Source: Crocinitomicaceae bacterium
Lineage (GTDB): Bacteria; Bacteroidota; Bacteroidia; Flavobacteriales_D; Crocinitomicaceae
Assembly (NCBI GenBank): GCA_021738405.1
Contig: JAIPCC010000003.1
Coordinates: 308-64,307 of the forward strand
Direction: 5' to 3'
Length of the DNA stretch: 64,000 nucleotides
This document shows positions 19,062-28,431 of the stretch, piece after piece. The translations under genes were made by a program, and so were the position numbers. The notes under the pieces are model-generated. The model was not told the DNA's origin and did not search any database. It worked only from the letters and a program-made list of their open reading frames with translations. Each line of letters starts with the position of its first letter. The first letter of the stretch is position 1.

Positions 19062-19904
19062 ATGGCAAAGAATAAGAAAATAGAAGTTATCGGTAAAGAA
19101 ATTTCGTTGTACTCAAGCCAATCCCTAGAATATATTTCGCTAACGGATATGGCAAGATACCGCGATTCGGAACGAACAAACTACATCATTCAAAATTGGA
19201 TGAGAACAAGGAGTGCAATTGAATTTTGTGGCTTATGGGAGAAATTAAACAATCCAAATTTTAATAGCATCGAATTCGATGCCTTTAAAAATGAATCAGG
19301 TTCTAACAGTTTTGCATTAACTCCTCAAAAATGGATAGAATCAACAAGTGCTATCGGTATTATTTCAAAATCTGGTCGTTATGGTGGCACTTTTGCTCAC
19401 AGAGATATAGCTTTTGAATTTGCTTCATGGATTAGTCCAGAGTTCAAATTCTATCTCATTCACGAATTCCAACGCCTTAAAGAACAAGAAAGTAACATTC
19501 AGCAAATCGAATGGAACTTTCAACGCACATTAGCGAAGGTGAACTACAAGATTCATACGGATGCGATAAAGGAAAATATCATCCCTCAGGTCTTAGATAA
19601 AAGAAAAACTTCTTTAGTATACGCCTCGGAAGCTGATGTATTGAATATGGCACTTTTCGGATTGACAGCCAAACAATGGCGTGATTGCAATCCTGATGAA
19701 AAAGGTAATGTTCGGGATTATGCAACCATTCAACAATTGGTGGTGCTTTCTAATTTGGAAAGCATCAATGCAATGTTGATTATGCAAGATGTATCCCAGC
19801 AAGATAGATTAATACAGCTCAATAACATCGCAATTACACAAATGAAGTCGTTGGTAGATAACCAACATATAAAGAAACTTGGAAATGGAGAAGCCGATGC
19901 CTAG
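19062..19904 (+). CDS. KilA-N domain-containing protein
   Basis: The N-terminal EYISLTDMARYRDSERTNYIIQNWMRTRSAIEFCGLWE resembles KilA-N DNA-binding domains common in Bacteroidota. The gene is visibly AT-rich: 19 G+C in the first 60 nt. Confidence 0.7.
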   Translation: MAKNKKIEVIGKEISLYSSQSLEYISLTDMARYRDSERTNYIIQNWMRTRSAIEFCGLWEKLNNPNFNSIEFDAFKNESGSNSFALTPQKWIESTSAIGIISKSGRYGGTFAHRDIAFEFASWISPEFKFYLIHEFQRLKEQESNIQQIEWNFQRTLAKVNYKIHTDAIKENIIPQVLDKRKTSLVYASEADVLNMALFGLTAKQWRDCNPDEKGNVRDYATIQQLVVLSNLESINAMLIMQDVSQQDRLIQLNNIAITQMKSLVDNQHIKKLGNGEADA

Positions 19905-19944
19905 CTTCAAGTAATCCTAAACCAGCCAACAACTCAAAAAACCC

Positions 19945-21153
19945 CTACAAACTAAAATGCTTCTCTGCCTCCACAGCGATGTACTCGCCAATGGCTAAAG
20001 ACGCCGTTGCGGCAGGCGATGGTGCGTTGAGCACGTGAATGGAGTTGCCGTGATACTCGATGCGAAAGTCGTCGCGGGTGTCGCCGTCTTCGGCTAAAAG
20101 CAGCGCGCGAACGCCAGAGCGCCCAGGATGGATGTCTTCCATGGTGAGTGACGGAATCATGCGTTGGAGCGTCTTGAGGAACAGTTTTTTGGAAAAGGCG
20201 CGCCGGTATTCATTGATGCCAAAAGACATATTGTTAAAGAAGAGTTTCCAGGTGCCTTTGTAGGTGAGCGCGTCGTAGGTATCGCGCAGTGAGAAGTCGG
20301 TTTTGCCGTAGCCTTCGCGTTTGAAGGTGAAAACGGCGTTGGGGCCGCATTCGATTTCGCCGTCGGTCATGCGGGTGAAGTGCACGCCAAGGAAAGGGAA
20401 GTCGGGATTCGGGACCGGATAAATGAGATTTTTGACTTTGTGACGCGCTTCTGGGGTGAGTTCGTAGTAGTCTCCGCGGAAACCAACCACTTGTTCTTTG
20501 AGGCCAACGCCGTCTTTGCGCGCCAGGCGGTCGGCTTGTAAACCGGCACAAAAAACAAGGTAGCGCGCTTCAAATTTGCCTTTTGAGGTAAAAATGGTGC
20601 TGATCTCATCGCCTTTTTCGATGCCTTGTACTTCGCATTCCAAATGCATGGCGCTTTGTGGATTCGCTGCCAAAGCGAGTTCGGCCATTTTTTGGGTGGC
20701 GCCACGGAAATCGATGATACCGGTGACTGGCACCCAAATGCCGCCAATACTTTTGACGTGTGGTTCGATATCGTTGACTTGTGCGGCGGTGATTTTTTCG
20801 ATGCCCTCAATGCCGTTTTCTAGACCCGTATTGAAGATTTTATCCATGTTCGGTAGTTCGGAAGCATCAGTGGCCACCACTACCTTACCGCAGACGTCGT
20901 GGGCGATGTTGTAATCTTTGGCAAATTGAACGAGTTCTTTGCGGCCTTGAATGCAGTTGCGCGCTTTGAGCGAACCCGGTTTGTAATAGAGCCCGGAGTG
21001 GATCACGCCAGAGTTATTGCCAGTTTGGTGATCGGCGAGTACTTTTTCTTTTTCGAAAAGCACGATGCTGAGGTTGGGGAATTTTTTTTGAAGCTTGTAA
21101 AAAGTGGCTGCGCCAACTATTCCTCCTCCTATGACCGCGATATCGTACTTCAT
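19945..21153 (-). CDS. lhgO: L-2-hydroxyglutarate oxidase (FAD-dependent)
   Basis: Collinear with E. coli LhgO as I recall it (DIAVIGGGIVG, HQTGNNSGVIHSGLYY, LIYPVPNPDFPFLGVHFTRM, NAPSPAATASL). I prefer the ATG at 21153 over the TTG at 21171. Confidence 0.85.
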   Translation of the reverse strand: MKYDIAVIGGGIVGAATFYKLQKKFPNLSIVLFEKEKVLADHQTGNNSGVIHSGLYYKPGSLKARNCIQGRKELVQFAKDYNIAHDVCGKVVVATDASELPNMDKIFNTGLENGIEGIEKITAAQVNDIEPHVKSIGGIWVPVTGIIDFRGATQKMAELALAANPQSAMHLECEVQGIEKGDEISTIFTSKGKFEARYLVFCAGLQADRLARKDGVGLKEQVVGFRGDYYELTPEARHKVKNLIYPVPNPDFPFLGVHFTRMTDGEIECGPNAVFTFKREGYGKTDFSLRDTYDALTYKGTWKLFFNNMSFGINEYRRAFSKKLFLKTLQRMIPSLTMEDIHPGRSGVRALLLAEDGDTRDDFRIEYHGNSIHVLNAPSPAATASLAIGEYIAVEAEKHFSL

Positions 21154-21168
21154 AACTTTAGTTTGATG

Positions 21169-21176
21169 CAAAGTTA
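21169..21176 (-). promoter_or_regulatory. -7 promoter box TAACTTTG for lhgO
   Basis: The plus strand reads CAAAGTTA, 15 nt upstream of the ATG at 21153. Confidence 0.4.
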
Positions 21177-21185
21177 AGGATTTTG

Positions 21186-21193
21186 TACTTTTG
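21186..21193 (+). promoter_or_regulatory. -7 promoter box TACTTTTG for mtaB (leaderless geometry)
   Basis: Exact TAnnTTTG with only 5 nt before the ATG at 21199. Confidence 0.45.
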
Positions 21194-21198
21194 CAGCG

Positions 21199-22506
21199 AT
21201 GAATCAGTTCGAACGTGTTGCATTTTATACACTTGGTTGTAAACTTAACTTTTCGGAGACCTCCACAATCGCGCGGCTCTTTGAAGACGGCGGCTTTGCC
21301 AAGGTCGATTTCGAAGACAAACCCGATGTTTTTGTCATCAATACGTGCTCTGTAACGGAGAACGCCGACAAAAAATGCAAGCAGCTCGTGAAGCGCGCCA
21401 AGAAAATATCACCGGAGTCAATGGTGATCATTTTGGGTTGCTACGCGCAGCTCAAACCAGAAGAAATCAGCCGTATTCCTGGTGTTGACCTCGTTTTGGG
21501 CGCCAATGAAAAGTTCAATGTACTAGCGCATCTCGAAAAGAAAAGCGAAGTAAAAGTGGTTCACGACAACATCAAGCACACCCACGACTTCATTCCATCG
21601 CATTCCTACGGAGACCGCACCCGTTCCTTTTTAAAAGTACAAGACGGCTGCGACTATTTCTGTACTTTTTGCACCATCCCACTCGCTCGTGGCAAAAGCC
21701 GCAACGCATCCATTGCAGCAACCGTTGCCGAAGCGCAAAAAATTGCCCAAACGGCAGTCAAAGAAGTGGTGCTTACGGGAGTCAATATCGGTGACTTCGG
21801 GCAGGGCGGAGCAGAAAATTTCTTTGATTTGACCAAAGCTTTGGACGAAGTAACGGGCATTGAGCGCTTTCGGATTTCTTCTATAGAACCCAACTTACTG
21901 AGTGACGACATCATCGACTTTTGTTTGAAGGCATCCAAACGCTTTGCGCCACACTTTCACATCCCGCTCCAAAGTGGCTCCGACGACATCCTCGAAAAAA
22001 TGCGCCGCAAATACAAAACGAGTTTGTATGCCCAAAGAGTGGCGCGGATCAAAGCGACCAACCCCGATGCCTGCATTGGCGTAGATGTTATTGTTGGTTT
22101 CCCCGGCGAGACCGACGAAGATTTCTTGGCGACAGTCAATTTGCTCAAGGACCTCGACATCTCATACCTACACGTCTTTACGTATTCTGAAAGAGCCAAT
22201 ACGGGCGCCCCAAAACTCGGCACAAAAGTACCAATGGAGACCCGACGCGAAAGAAGTAAAATCCTACACCTGCTCTCCGATCGCAAAAAATTGGCCTTTT
22301 ACCAGACCCAAGTTGGCAAGCGAAAAGCTGTCCTTTTTGAACAAGAAGAAAACGAAGGTTGGCTATATGGCTTCAGCGAAAACTACGTGAAAGTCAAGAC
22401 GCCCTACAATGAAGCGCTCATCAATCAAATTGTTGCCGTCGAATTGACAGAAATTGACCGCGATGGCCTCATGAAATGCCACATTCTTACTAACTTTGTA
22501 TCGTAA
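21199..22506 (+). CDS. mtaB: tRNA ms2t6A37 methylthiotransferase MtaB (radical SAM)
   Basis: UPF0004 N-domain (FYTLGCKLNFSE, INTCSVT), radical SAM CDYFCTFC and a TRAM-like C-terminus. Size and sequence fit MtaB rather than MiaB or RimO. Confidence 0.85.
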   Translation: MNQFERVAFYTLGCKLNFSETSTIARLFEDGGFAKVDFEDKPDVFVINTCSVTENADKKCKQLVKRAKKISPESMVIILGCYAQLKPEEISRIPGVDLVLGANEKFNVLAHLEKKSEVKVVHDNIKHTHDFIPSHSYGDRTRSFLKVQDGCDYFCTFCTIPLARGKSRNASIAATVAEAQKIAQTAVKEVVLTGVNIGDFGQGGAENFFDLTKALDEVTGIERFRISSIEPNLLSDDIIDFCLKASKRFAPHFHIPLQSGSDDILEKMRRKYKTSLYAQRVARIKATNPDACIGVDVIVGFPGETDEDFLATVNLLKDLDISYLHVFTYSERANTGAPKLGTKVPMETRRERSKILHLLSDRKKLAFYQTQVGKRKAVLFEQEENEGWLYGFSENYVKVKTPYNEALINQIVAVELTEIDRDGLMKCHILTNFVS

Positions 22507-22519
22507 TTAGGCTTTTGTC

Positions 22520-22951
22520 ATGAAAACAACATATATCACCCGTCGCGAAACCTTCAATGCCGCCCACAAACTATGGCGCCCTGAGTGGTCCGACGAAAAA
22601 AACTGGGAAGTATTTGGCAAATGCGCCAACCACAACTGGCACGGCCACAACTTTGAGCTCTGGGTCACTGTCAAAGGCATTCCAGACGCCGACACCGGCT
22701 TCATCATGAACCTCAAACTCCTGAGCCAATTGGTCAAGACGCACATCATCGAAGCACTCGACCACAAAAACCTCAATCTAGACGTACCATTTTTGGCGGG
22801 CCAAATGGCTTCTACCGAAATCATGGCTATTGCCATCTGGGACATCCTCGCCCCGCTCGTACTCGAAAACGGCGGAGAACTCGCCAAAATCAAATTGGTC
22901 GAGACCGAAAACAACTACGTAGAATACTACGGCGGAAAAGAACCTTTTTAG
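22520..22951 (+). CDS. queD: 6-carboxy-5,6,7,8-tetrahydropterin synthase
   Basis: PTPS fold motifs FNAAHKL, CANHNWHGHNF and LDHKNLN. Confidence 0.9.
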   Translation: MKTTYITRRETFNAAHKLWRPEWSDEKNWEVFGKCANHNWHGHNFELWVTVKGIPDADTGFIMNLKLLSQLVKTHIIEALDHKNLNLDVPFLAGQMASTEIMAIAIWDILAPLVLENGGELAKIKLVETENNYVEYYGGKEPF

Positions 22952-22982
22952 TTCTATCACTTAGCGTACTAAAACATTTCAC

Positions 22983-23549
22983 TTGGAAAACAGTCAATTG
23001 CAAGACCTCTACAAAGGCGTCCTCGAACAACTCGGCGAAGACCCCAACCGCGAGGGCTTGCTCAAAACACCCGAACGCGTGGCCAAAGCCATGCAATTTC
23101 TAACCAGCGGCTACGACCTCAACCCTGACTCCATCATCGATTCGGCAATTTTTCACGAAGCCTACTCCGAAATGGTCATCGTCAAAGACATCGAAGTCTA
23201 CTCCATGTGCGAACACCACATGCTGCCTTTCTTTGGCAAGGCGCACATCGCCTACATCCCGGACGGCAAAATTGTTGGGCTCAGCAAAATTCCGCGCGTT
23301 GTAGACGCCTATGCCCGCAGGCTACAAGTGCAGGAGCGGCTCACCATCGAAATCCGCGACTGCATTCAGCGCACCCTTGCCCCTTTAGGCGTGGCTGTAG
23401 TTGTGGAGTGCGCACACATGTGCATGCAAATGCGCGGCGTTCAAAAACAAAATTCGGTCACCACCACCAGTGCGTTTACCGGAATTTTCATGACCAACGA
23501 TGCCACGCGCAAAGAATTTATTAATTTAGTACAAGCAAAAATTCATTAA
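22983..23549 (+). CDS. folE: GTP cyclohydrolase I
   Basis: [18 protein letters not shown] and [14 protein letters not shown] start; there is no in-frame ATG between the queD stop and the conserved core. Confidence 0.9.
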   Translation: MENSQLQDLYKGVLEQLGEDPNREGLLKTPERVAKAMQFLTSGYDLNPDSIIDSAIFHEAYSEMVIVKDIEVYSMCEHHMLPFFGKAHIAYIPDGKIVGLSKIPRVVDAYARRLQVQERLTIEIRDCIQRTLAPLGVAVVVECAHMCMQMRGVQKQNSVTTTSAFTGIFMTNDATRKEFINLVQAKIH

Positions 23550-23551
23550 CC

Positions 23552-24268
23552 ATGGAAGATCTCAATTACCAAAACTCAGGTTCCCTCAGCCAAGACTACG
23601 CCCGCGATTTCATCAAGAGCGTTTACAACTACATGTTTGCAGCCCTCACCATTACCGGGGTCATTTCTTATATCATCGGTACCAACACCGAGTTAATGAG
23701 TTCACTTTTCATGACGGCGTCTGGCGGTGTTTCCATGTTCTTTTATGTGGTATTGTTCTCACCGATCCTGATTTCCTTTGCCATGGCTGGAGGCTTCAAT
23801 AAATTCTCGTTTGGTACTTTAATGGCGCTTTTTGTCATTTATTCCGTTTTATTGGGCATGAGCTTATCTATTTTGTTCATGAAATACTCTACCGGAACAC
23901 TTGCCACCACCTTCCTTTTAACGGCAGGTTCTTTCGGTTTCATGGCTTTCTTGGGCTACACCACCAAAACAGACCTCACCAAATTTGGCAGCTTGCTATA
24001 CATGCTACTTTTTGGCGTGATCATCTCGAGCGTTGTCAATATGTTTTTAGGGAGCAGCGGCTTTGATTATATCATTTCATTGGTGTCTGTATTTATTTTC
24101 ACAGGCTTAGTAGCCTACGAAATGCAAATGATCAAAAACATGGCTCACCAAGCCCAAATGGATGGCACCTTGCGTCAAAAGTTGGCTTTATTCGCTGGTT
24201 TTCAATTGTATTTAACTTTTGTGAATTTATTCTTGTCTTTATTGCGTCTTTTGGGTAACCGAGATTAA
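23552..24268 (+). CDS. Bax inhibitor-1/YccA family membrane protein
   Basis: Seven hydrophobic helices and a typical BI-1 C-terminal region (FTGLVAYEMQMIK...LYLTFVNLFLSLLRLLG). Confidence 0.85.
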   Translation: MEDLNYQNSGSLSQDYARDFIKSVYNYMFAALTITGVISYIIGTNTELMSSLFMTASGGVSMFFYVVLFSPILISFAMAGGFNKFSFGTLMALFVIYSVLLGMSLSILFMKYSTGTLATTFLLTAGSFGFMAFLGYTTKTDLTKFGSLLYMLLFGVIISSVVNMFLGSSGFDYIISLVSVFIFTGLVAYEMQMIKNMAHQAQMDGTLRQKLALFAGFQLYLTFVNLFLSLLRLLGNRD

Positions 24269-24277
24269 AAGATTTGC

Positions 24278-24285
24278 TATTTTTG
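24278..24285 (+). promoter_or_regulatory. -7 promoter box TATTTTTG
   Basis: Exact TAnnTTTG, 19 nt upstream of the ATG at 24305. Confidence 0.4.
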
Positions 24286-24304
24286 AAACTCAAAAAACAA
24301 CCTT

Positions 24305-24403
24305 ATGTCAGATAATTTTTTCGAAGGATCTACTGCCGCAATTGGCACCATCATCACTATAGCCCTCATCAGTATTTTAGTGTCTATCCTCATTTGGGGT
24401 TAA
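24305..24403 (+). CDS. Possible 32-aa single-TM micro-protein
   Basis: ATG..TAA ORF MSDNFFEGSTAAIGTIITIALISILVSILIWG, read by hand and too short for the ORF track. It has its own -7 box upstream. No homology evidence. Confidence 0.25.
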   Translation: MSDNFFEGSTAAIGTIITIALISILVSILIWG

Positions 24404-24420
24404 GCCGCTTCCAATAGCAT

Positions 24421-25929
24421 ATGCCGTTTAACACCTTATTTTCATGGTGGATTGGCCGGCGTATGGATCGCATTCACGACTACCGCGATCAGGCCCTTGC
24501 CAATCAAGCGCGCACACTTGAGTTTTTACTGCTCGAAGGAGCCCAAACGCAATATGGCAAATCCTTTGATTTTGCTGAATTAGCAAATTACAACGATTTC
24601 AAAAACAAGGTGCCGCTTTCAGATTACGGCACACTCAAGCCCTTCATCGACCGCGCCATAGAAGGCGAAACCGATTTGCTCTGGCCCGGAGCCACCAAAT
24701 GGTTTGCCAAATCGTCGGGCACCACCGCAGACCGCATCAAAATACTGCCCATCACCGAGAGTTCGCTCTTAGAGAACCATTATGCCGGTGGCAAAGACCT
24801 ACTGGCACAGTATTATCACAATTTTGAAGGCCGCAAACTCTACAACGCCAAGCACCTCATTGTTGGTGGCACAGGTAAAATTGAGCAGCACAGCCACGGC
24901 GTCTTTATCGGCGACCTCTCTGCGATCATCATCAACAACCTCCCCATCTGGACAGAACTGCGCCGCACCCCTAAAAAAGAAATCGCACTTTTAGAAAACT
25001 GGGAAGAAAAGCTCGACCGCATGGCGGCTTCTGTCCTGGACCAAAACATCTGTATCATTGCAGGTGTGCCGAGCTGGACGCTCTTGCTCTTGCAAAAAGT
25101 CTTGGAAAAGAGCGAAAAAGCAAGCATAGCAGAGGTCTGGCCCAACTTAGAGTTATATATCCATGGCGGTGTGTCGTTTGTGCCTTATCGGCAAGCCTTT
25201 GAAAATATCATTGGCAAAACCGACATGAATTACGTCGAAAACTACAACGCCTCGGAGGGCTATTTTGGCTTGCAAGACCAAAAAGAAAGTAAAGACCTGC
25301 TTTTACTCACCAATTCTGAGGTTTTCTTTGAGTTCATCCCGATGTCTAGCTTTGAAGGCTTGGCTTCAACAGCAGTCTACCCACTCGAAGAAGTACAACC
25401 CGACACCGACTACGCTTTGGTCATTTCGACCTCAGCTGGCCTATGGCGCTACATCATTGGCGATACCGTCCGCTTTACCCAAACCCAGCCTTATCGCTTT
25501 GTGGTCAGTGGCCGAACTGCACACTACATCAATGCTTTTGGTGAAAAACTCATTATTGAGCACGCCGAACAAGCCCTGAGCGAAGCTTGCCTTGCGCACC
25601 GCGTACAAGTGCGCGACTACACCGTTGCACCCGATTTTTCTGAAGACACACAAGTAGGCCGCCACCATTGGCTCATTGAATTTGAACAAAACCCTTCTGA
25701 TGACGCTGCATTTTGTGCAACCCTAGATCAAGCGCTTAAAAATGGCAATGCAGATTACGACGCCAAGCGCGAAGGCAATATCAACATCGGATTTCCGTTA
25801 CTTACCATGGCGCCAGCAGGAACTTTTCACCGTTGGCTCAAGCAAAAAGGCAAACTTGGTGGCCAGCATAAGGTGCCGCGCTTGCAAAATTCAGATACCT
25901 TACTTAAAGAAATCATAGGCCTGCTATGA
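24421..25929 (+). CDS. GH3 family (acyl acid amido synthetase-like) protein
   Basis: The length and motifs (FAKSSGTTADRIK, YNASEGYFG, YIIGDTVRF) match bacterial GH3 auxin-responsive-promoter family proteins. Confidence 0.8.
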   Translation: MPFNTLFSWWIGRRMDRIHDYRDQALANQARTLEFLLLEGAQTQYGKSFDFAELANYNDFKNKVPLSDYGTLKPFIDRAIEGETDLLWPGATKWFAKSSGTTADRIKILPITESSLLENHYAGGKDLLAQYYHNFEGRKLYNAKHLIVGGTGKIEQHSHGVFIGDLSAIIINNLPIWTELRRTPKKEIALLENWEEKLDRMAASVLDQNICIIAGVPSWTLLLLQKVLEKSEKASIAEVWPNLELYIHGGVSFVPYRQAFENIIGKTDMNYVENYNASEGYFGLQDQKESKDLLLLTNSEVFFEFIPMSSFEGLASTAVYPLEEVQPDTDYALVISTSAGLWRYIIGDTVRFTQTQPYRFVVSGRTAHYINAFGEKLIIEHAEQALSEACLAHRVQVRDYTVAPDFSEDTQVGRHHWLIEFEQNPSDDAAFCATLDQALKNGNADYDAKREGNINIGFPLLTMAPAGTFHRWLKQKGKLGGQHKVPRLQNSDTLLKEIIGLL

Positions 25930-26723
25930 AAATACTTGCCCCCATTTTTTATATTTTGATTGGTCTTCATTCAATGGGGCAAACATGGATTTTAGAAAAA
26001 GAACTCACCCTCAAAGACAGCACTTACCACTGGACCAGCGACGAATGGGGCCAACTTTATCAATGGAAAGACAACACCGTTTGGTTGCAAAACGAGCAAA
26101 ATCAGCAGCCCTTTCAAGAAACGTATAAAATCCTAGCCGATATAAGTGATGTACAAGCGATCAGTGGCTTGCGCGCACTCCTTTTTTCAGAAGGACAACA
26201 AATGATGGGCATCGTCGATAACACCTTGCAATTAAGAGATGGTTTATTGGCTTTTTTCGATTTTGGCTTTTCGAGCGTTGCCAACGTAGCGATTAGCCAG
26301 CGACCAGACTTCATTTGGCTTTATGACCAGTATCGCGAGCGTTTGATTTTATTCAATATCAATACAGCTCAAGCGGTTCAAATCGTAGACAACTGTTTTG
26401 AAGGCAGCAAGGACGCAGAAATTGTTCAATTTTTTGAATACCAACAAAACCTCATTTGCCTGCTCAGCGACGGACGCTATTTCGAGTTTGACCGCAACCT
26501 CACCTTGGTCAAAAAGTTGACTTTAACGCCAGGCCTCACCCTATTTGGTTATCAAAATGAAATCTGGTTGCAAAATCAAAATTGGATAGAAAAACTAAAA
26601 CCTAGTATCCATTCAAGTCGAATTGAACTCCCGATTCAAAACTACCAACAGCTACAAGTTTTACAAGATCAATTTTATTTTCAACAAGGACAAAAAATCA
26701 AGGTTTTTAGACTGAAAATGTAG
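25926..26723 (+). CDS. Hypothetical secreted protein
   Basis: The start overlaps the GH3 stop (ATGA). N-terminal signal-like MKILAPIFYILIGLHSMGQ. I recognised no motif. Confidence 0.5.
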   Translation: MKILAPIFYILIGLHSMGQTWILEKELTLKDSTYHWTSDEWGQLYQWKDNTVWLQNEQNQQPFQETYKILADISDVQAISGLRALLFSEGQQMMGIVDNTLQLRDGLLAFFDFGFSSVANVAISQRPDFIWLYDQYRERLILFNINTAQAVQIVDNCFEGSKDAEIVQFFEYQQNLICLLSDGRYFEFDRNLTLVKKLTLTPGLTLFGYQNEIWLQNQNWIEKLKPSIHSSRIELPIQNYQQLQVLQDQFYFQQGQKIKVFRLKM

Positions 26724-26782
26724 GGCGCAATTTTTGACGTTTCACTGTAAATGTCGTACTTTAGCCCTCTAAATTTTTAGTT

Positions 26783-27397
26783 ATGCACGTCGCTATCGCA
26801 GGAAATATCGGTTCCGGAAAAACCACCTTAACCAATTTACTTTCAAAACATTACAACTGGGACACCCACTTCGAAGACGTCGATCAAAACCCCTATCTCA
26901 ACGATTTCTACCACGACATGCAGCGTTGGTCTTTCAATCTGCAAATCTATTACCTCAATAGCCGCTTTACGCAAATCCAAGAAATCAAAGAATCTACGCA
27001 TACCGTTATCCAAGACCGCACCATCTACGAAGACGCTTTCATCTTTGCGCCCAACCTTCACTCCATGGGCCTCATGACCACCCGCGACTTCGAAAACTAC
27101 TTTTCGCTGTTCAACCTCATGGATTCTTTCGTGTCTGCACCAGACTTACTCATTTACTTGCGTGCCAGCGTGCCTACATTGGTTTCGCAAATCCAGCAGC
27201 GCGGTCGCGATTACGAAGAAAGCATTCGCCTAGACTACCTCAAGCGCCTCAACGAGCGCTATGAAGCCTGGATTTCTACCTACGACAAAGGCAAATTACT
27301 CATCATTGACGTCGACAACAACCGTTTCCCTGAGAACCAAGAAGACCTCGGAAAAATCATCAACGTCATTGATGCCGAAATCAACGGCTTGTTCTAA
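26783..27397 (+). CDS. Deoxynucleoside kinase
   Basis: P-loop IAGNIGSGKTT, the DRTIYED motif and the size expected for the dNK family. Confidence 0.85.
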   Translation: MHVAIAGNIGSGKTTLTNLLSKHYNWDTHFEDVDQNPYLNDFYHDMQRWSFNLQIYYLNSRFTQIQEIKESTHTVIQDRTIYEDAFIFAPNLHSMGLMTTRDFENYFSLFNLMDSFVSAPDLLIYLRASVPTLVSQIQQRGRDYEESIRLDYLKRLNERYEAWISTYDKGKLLIIDVDNNRFPENQEDLGKIINVIDAEINGLF

Positions 27398-27398
27398 C

Positions 27399-28358
27399 AT
27401 GATTGTCGTTACCGGAGCAGCCGGCTTTATTGCCAGCTATTTAGCAGAAGCCCTCAACGCTGCAGGGCAGCAAGACCTCATTTTAGTAGACGACTTTTCA
27501 GCAGAGGCCAAAAAACCCAACTGGACCAACCTCTCCTTTGAACAATGCATAGACCGCGAGGCCTTTTTGCCTTGGTTTGAAGAAAACGCGGCTTCCGTTT
27601 CGTTCGTTTTCCACCTCGGTGCGCGCACCGACACCACCGAAAAAAGTCAAGCAGCACTGGATCACCTCAACCTACACTACAGCCAAGCTATTTGGCGCAT
27701 TTGTTCGGCGCAGCAAATTCCGCTGGTCTACGCAAGCTCTGCGGCCACCTACGGCCTTGGTGAATTCGGTTACAAAGACCAGCACGCCCTGAGCAGCCAA
27801 TTGCAGCCACTCAACTTATACGGCAAATCCAAGAACGACTTTGACATCTGGGCACTTGCACAAAGCCAAGCGCCACCCAACTGGTACGGGCTCAAATTCT
27901 TCAACGTATACGGCCCAAAAGAATATCATAAAGGCCGGATGGCAAGCGTGGTATTGCACACCTACAAACAAATTCAGGCCAATGGCGCCATGAACCTTTT
28001 CAGGTCCCATGACCCCAATTACAAAGACGGCGAACAACTCCGCGATTTCGTCTATGTAAAAGACGTTGCCAAAGTTTGCCAATTCTTACAAGAAAAACGC
28101 CCTGAAAGCGGCCTTTATAACCTAGGATCTGGGAAAGCGCGTACGTTTTATGACCTGGCACGCCTTACCTTCGAGGCCCTAGACCTCGCGCCAAATATTT
28201 CCTTTATCGATACGCCTATCGACATCCGAGACAAATACCAATATTTTACTGAAGCCGACATGAGCAAGCTATTGGCTGCTGGTTACACGGGTGGGTTTCA
28301 TAGCCTAGAAGAAGGCGTGAGTAATTATGTAAAAGAATACTTGGTCAAAGCACTTTAA
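27399..28358 (+). CDS. hldD: ADP-L-glycero-D-manno-heptose 6-epimerase
   Basis: Collinear with E. coli HldD as I recall it (MIVVTGAAGFIAS, YASSAATYG, LNLYGKSK, FNVYGPKEYHKGRMASV, RDFVYVKDV). The ATG at 27399 is chosen; the longer ORF from 27261 overlaps the kinase gene. Confidence 0.85.
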   Translation: MIVVTGAAGFIASYLAEALNAAGQQDLILVDDFSAEAKKPNWTNLSFEQCIDREAFLPWFEENAASVSFVFHLGARTDTTEKSQAALDHLNLHYSQAIWRICSAQQIPLVYASSAATYGLGEFGYKDQHALSSQLQPLNLYGKSKNDFDIWALAQSQAPPNWYGLKFFNVYGPKEYHKGRMASVVLHTYKQIQANGAMNLFRSHDPNYKDGEQLRDFVYVKDVAKVCQFLQEKRPESGLYNLGSGKARTFYDLARLTFEALDLAPNISFIDTPIDIRDKYQYFTEADMSKLLAAGYTGGFHSLEEGVSNYVKEYLVKAL

Positions 28359-28380
28359 TACTTTTAAAAAGTTGACCCAT

Positions 28381-28412
28381 AAAAAAAGCCTCGCAATTGC
28401 GAGGCTTTTTTT
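28381..28412. terminator. Bidirectional intrinsic terminator
   Basis: A7-AGCCTCGC-AATT-GCGAGGCT-T7 lies between convergent hldD and rplI. Confidence 0.75.
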
Positions 28413-28431
28413 ATGGGCTATGAGTAGTAGC

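Noticed and set aside
22507-22519. Looked for a preQ1 or other riboswitch ahead of queD-folE.
   Set aside because: Only 13 nt separate mtaB and queD, and 31 nt separate queD and folE. That is too short for any known aptamer.
22507-22914. 135-aa ORF antisense to almost the whole queD gene.
   Set aside because: Its translation is Ser/Leu-rich and low in complexity, with no motif. It is fully contained opposite a strongly supported gene, which is typical of stop-poor antisense frames.
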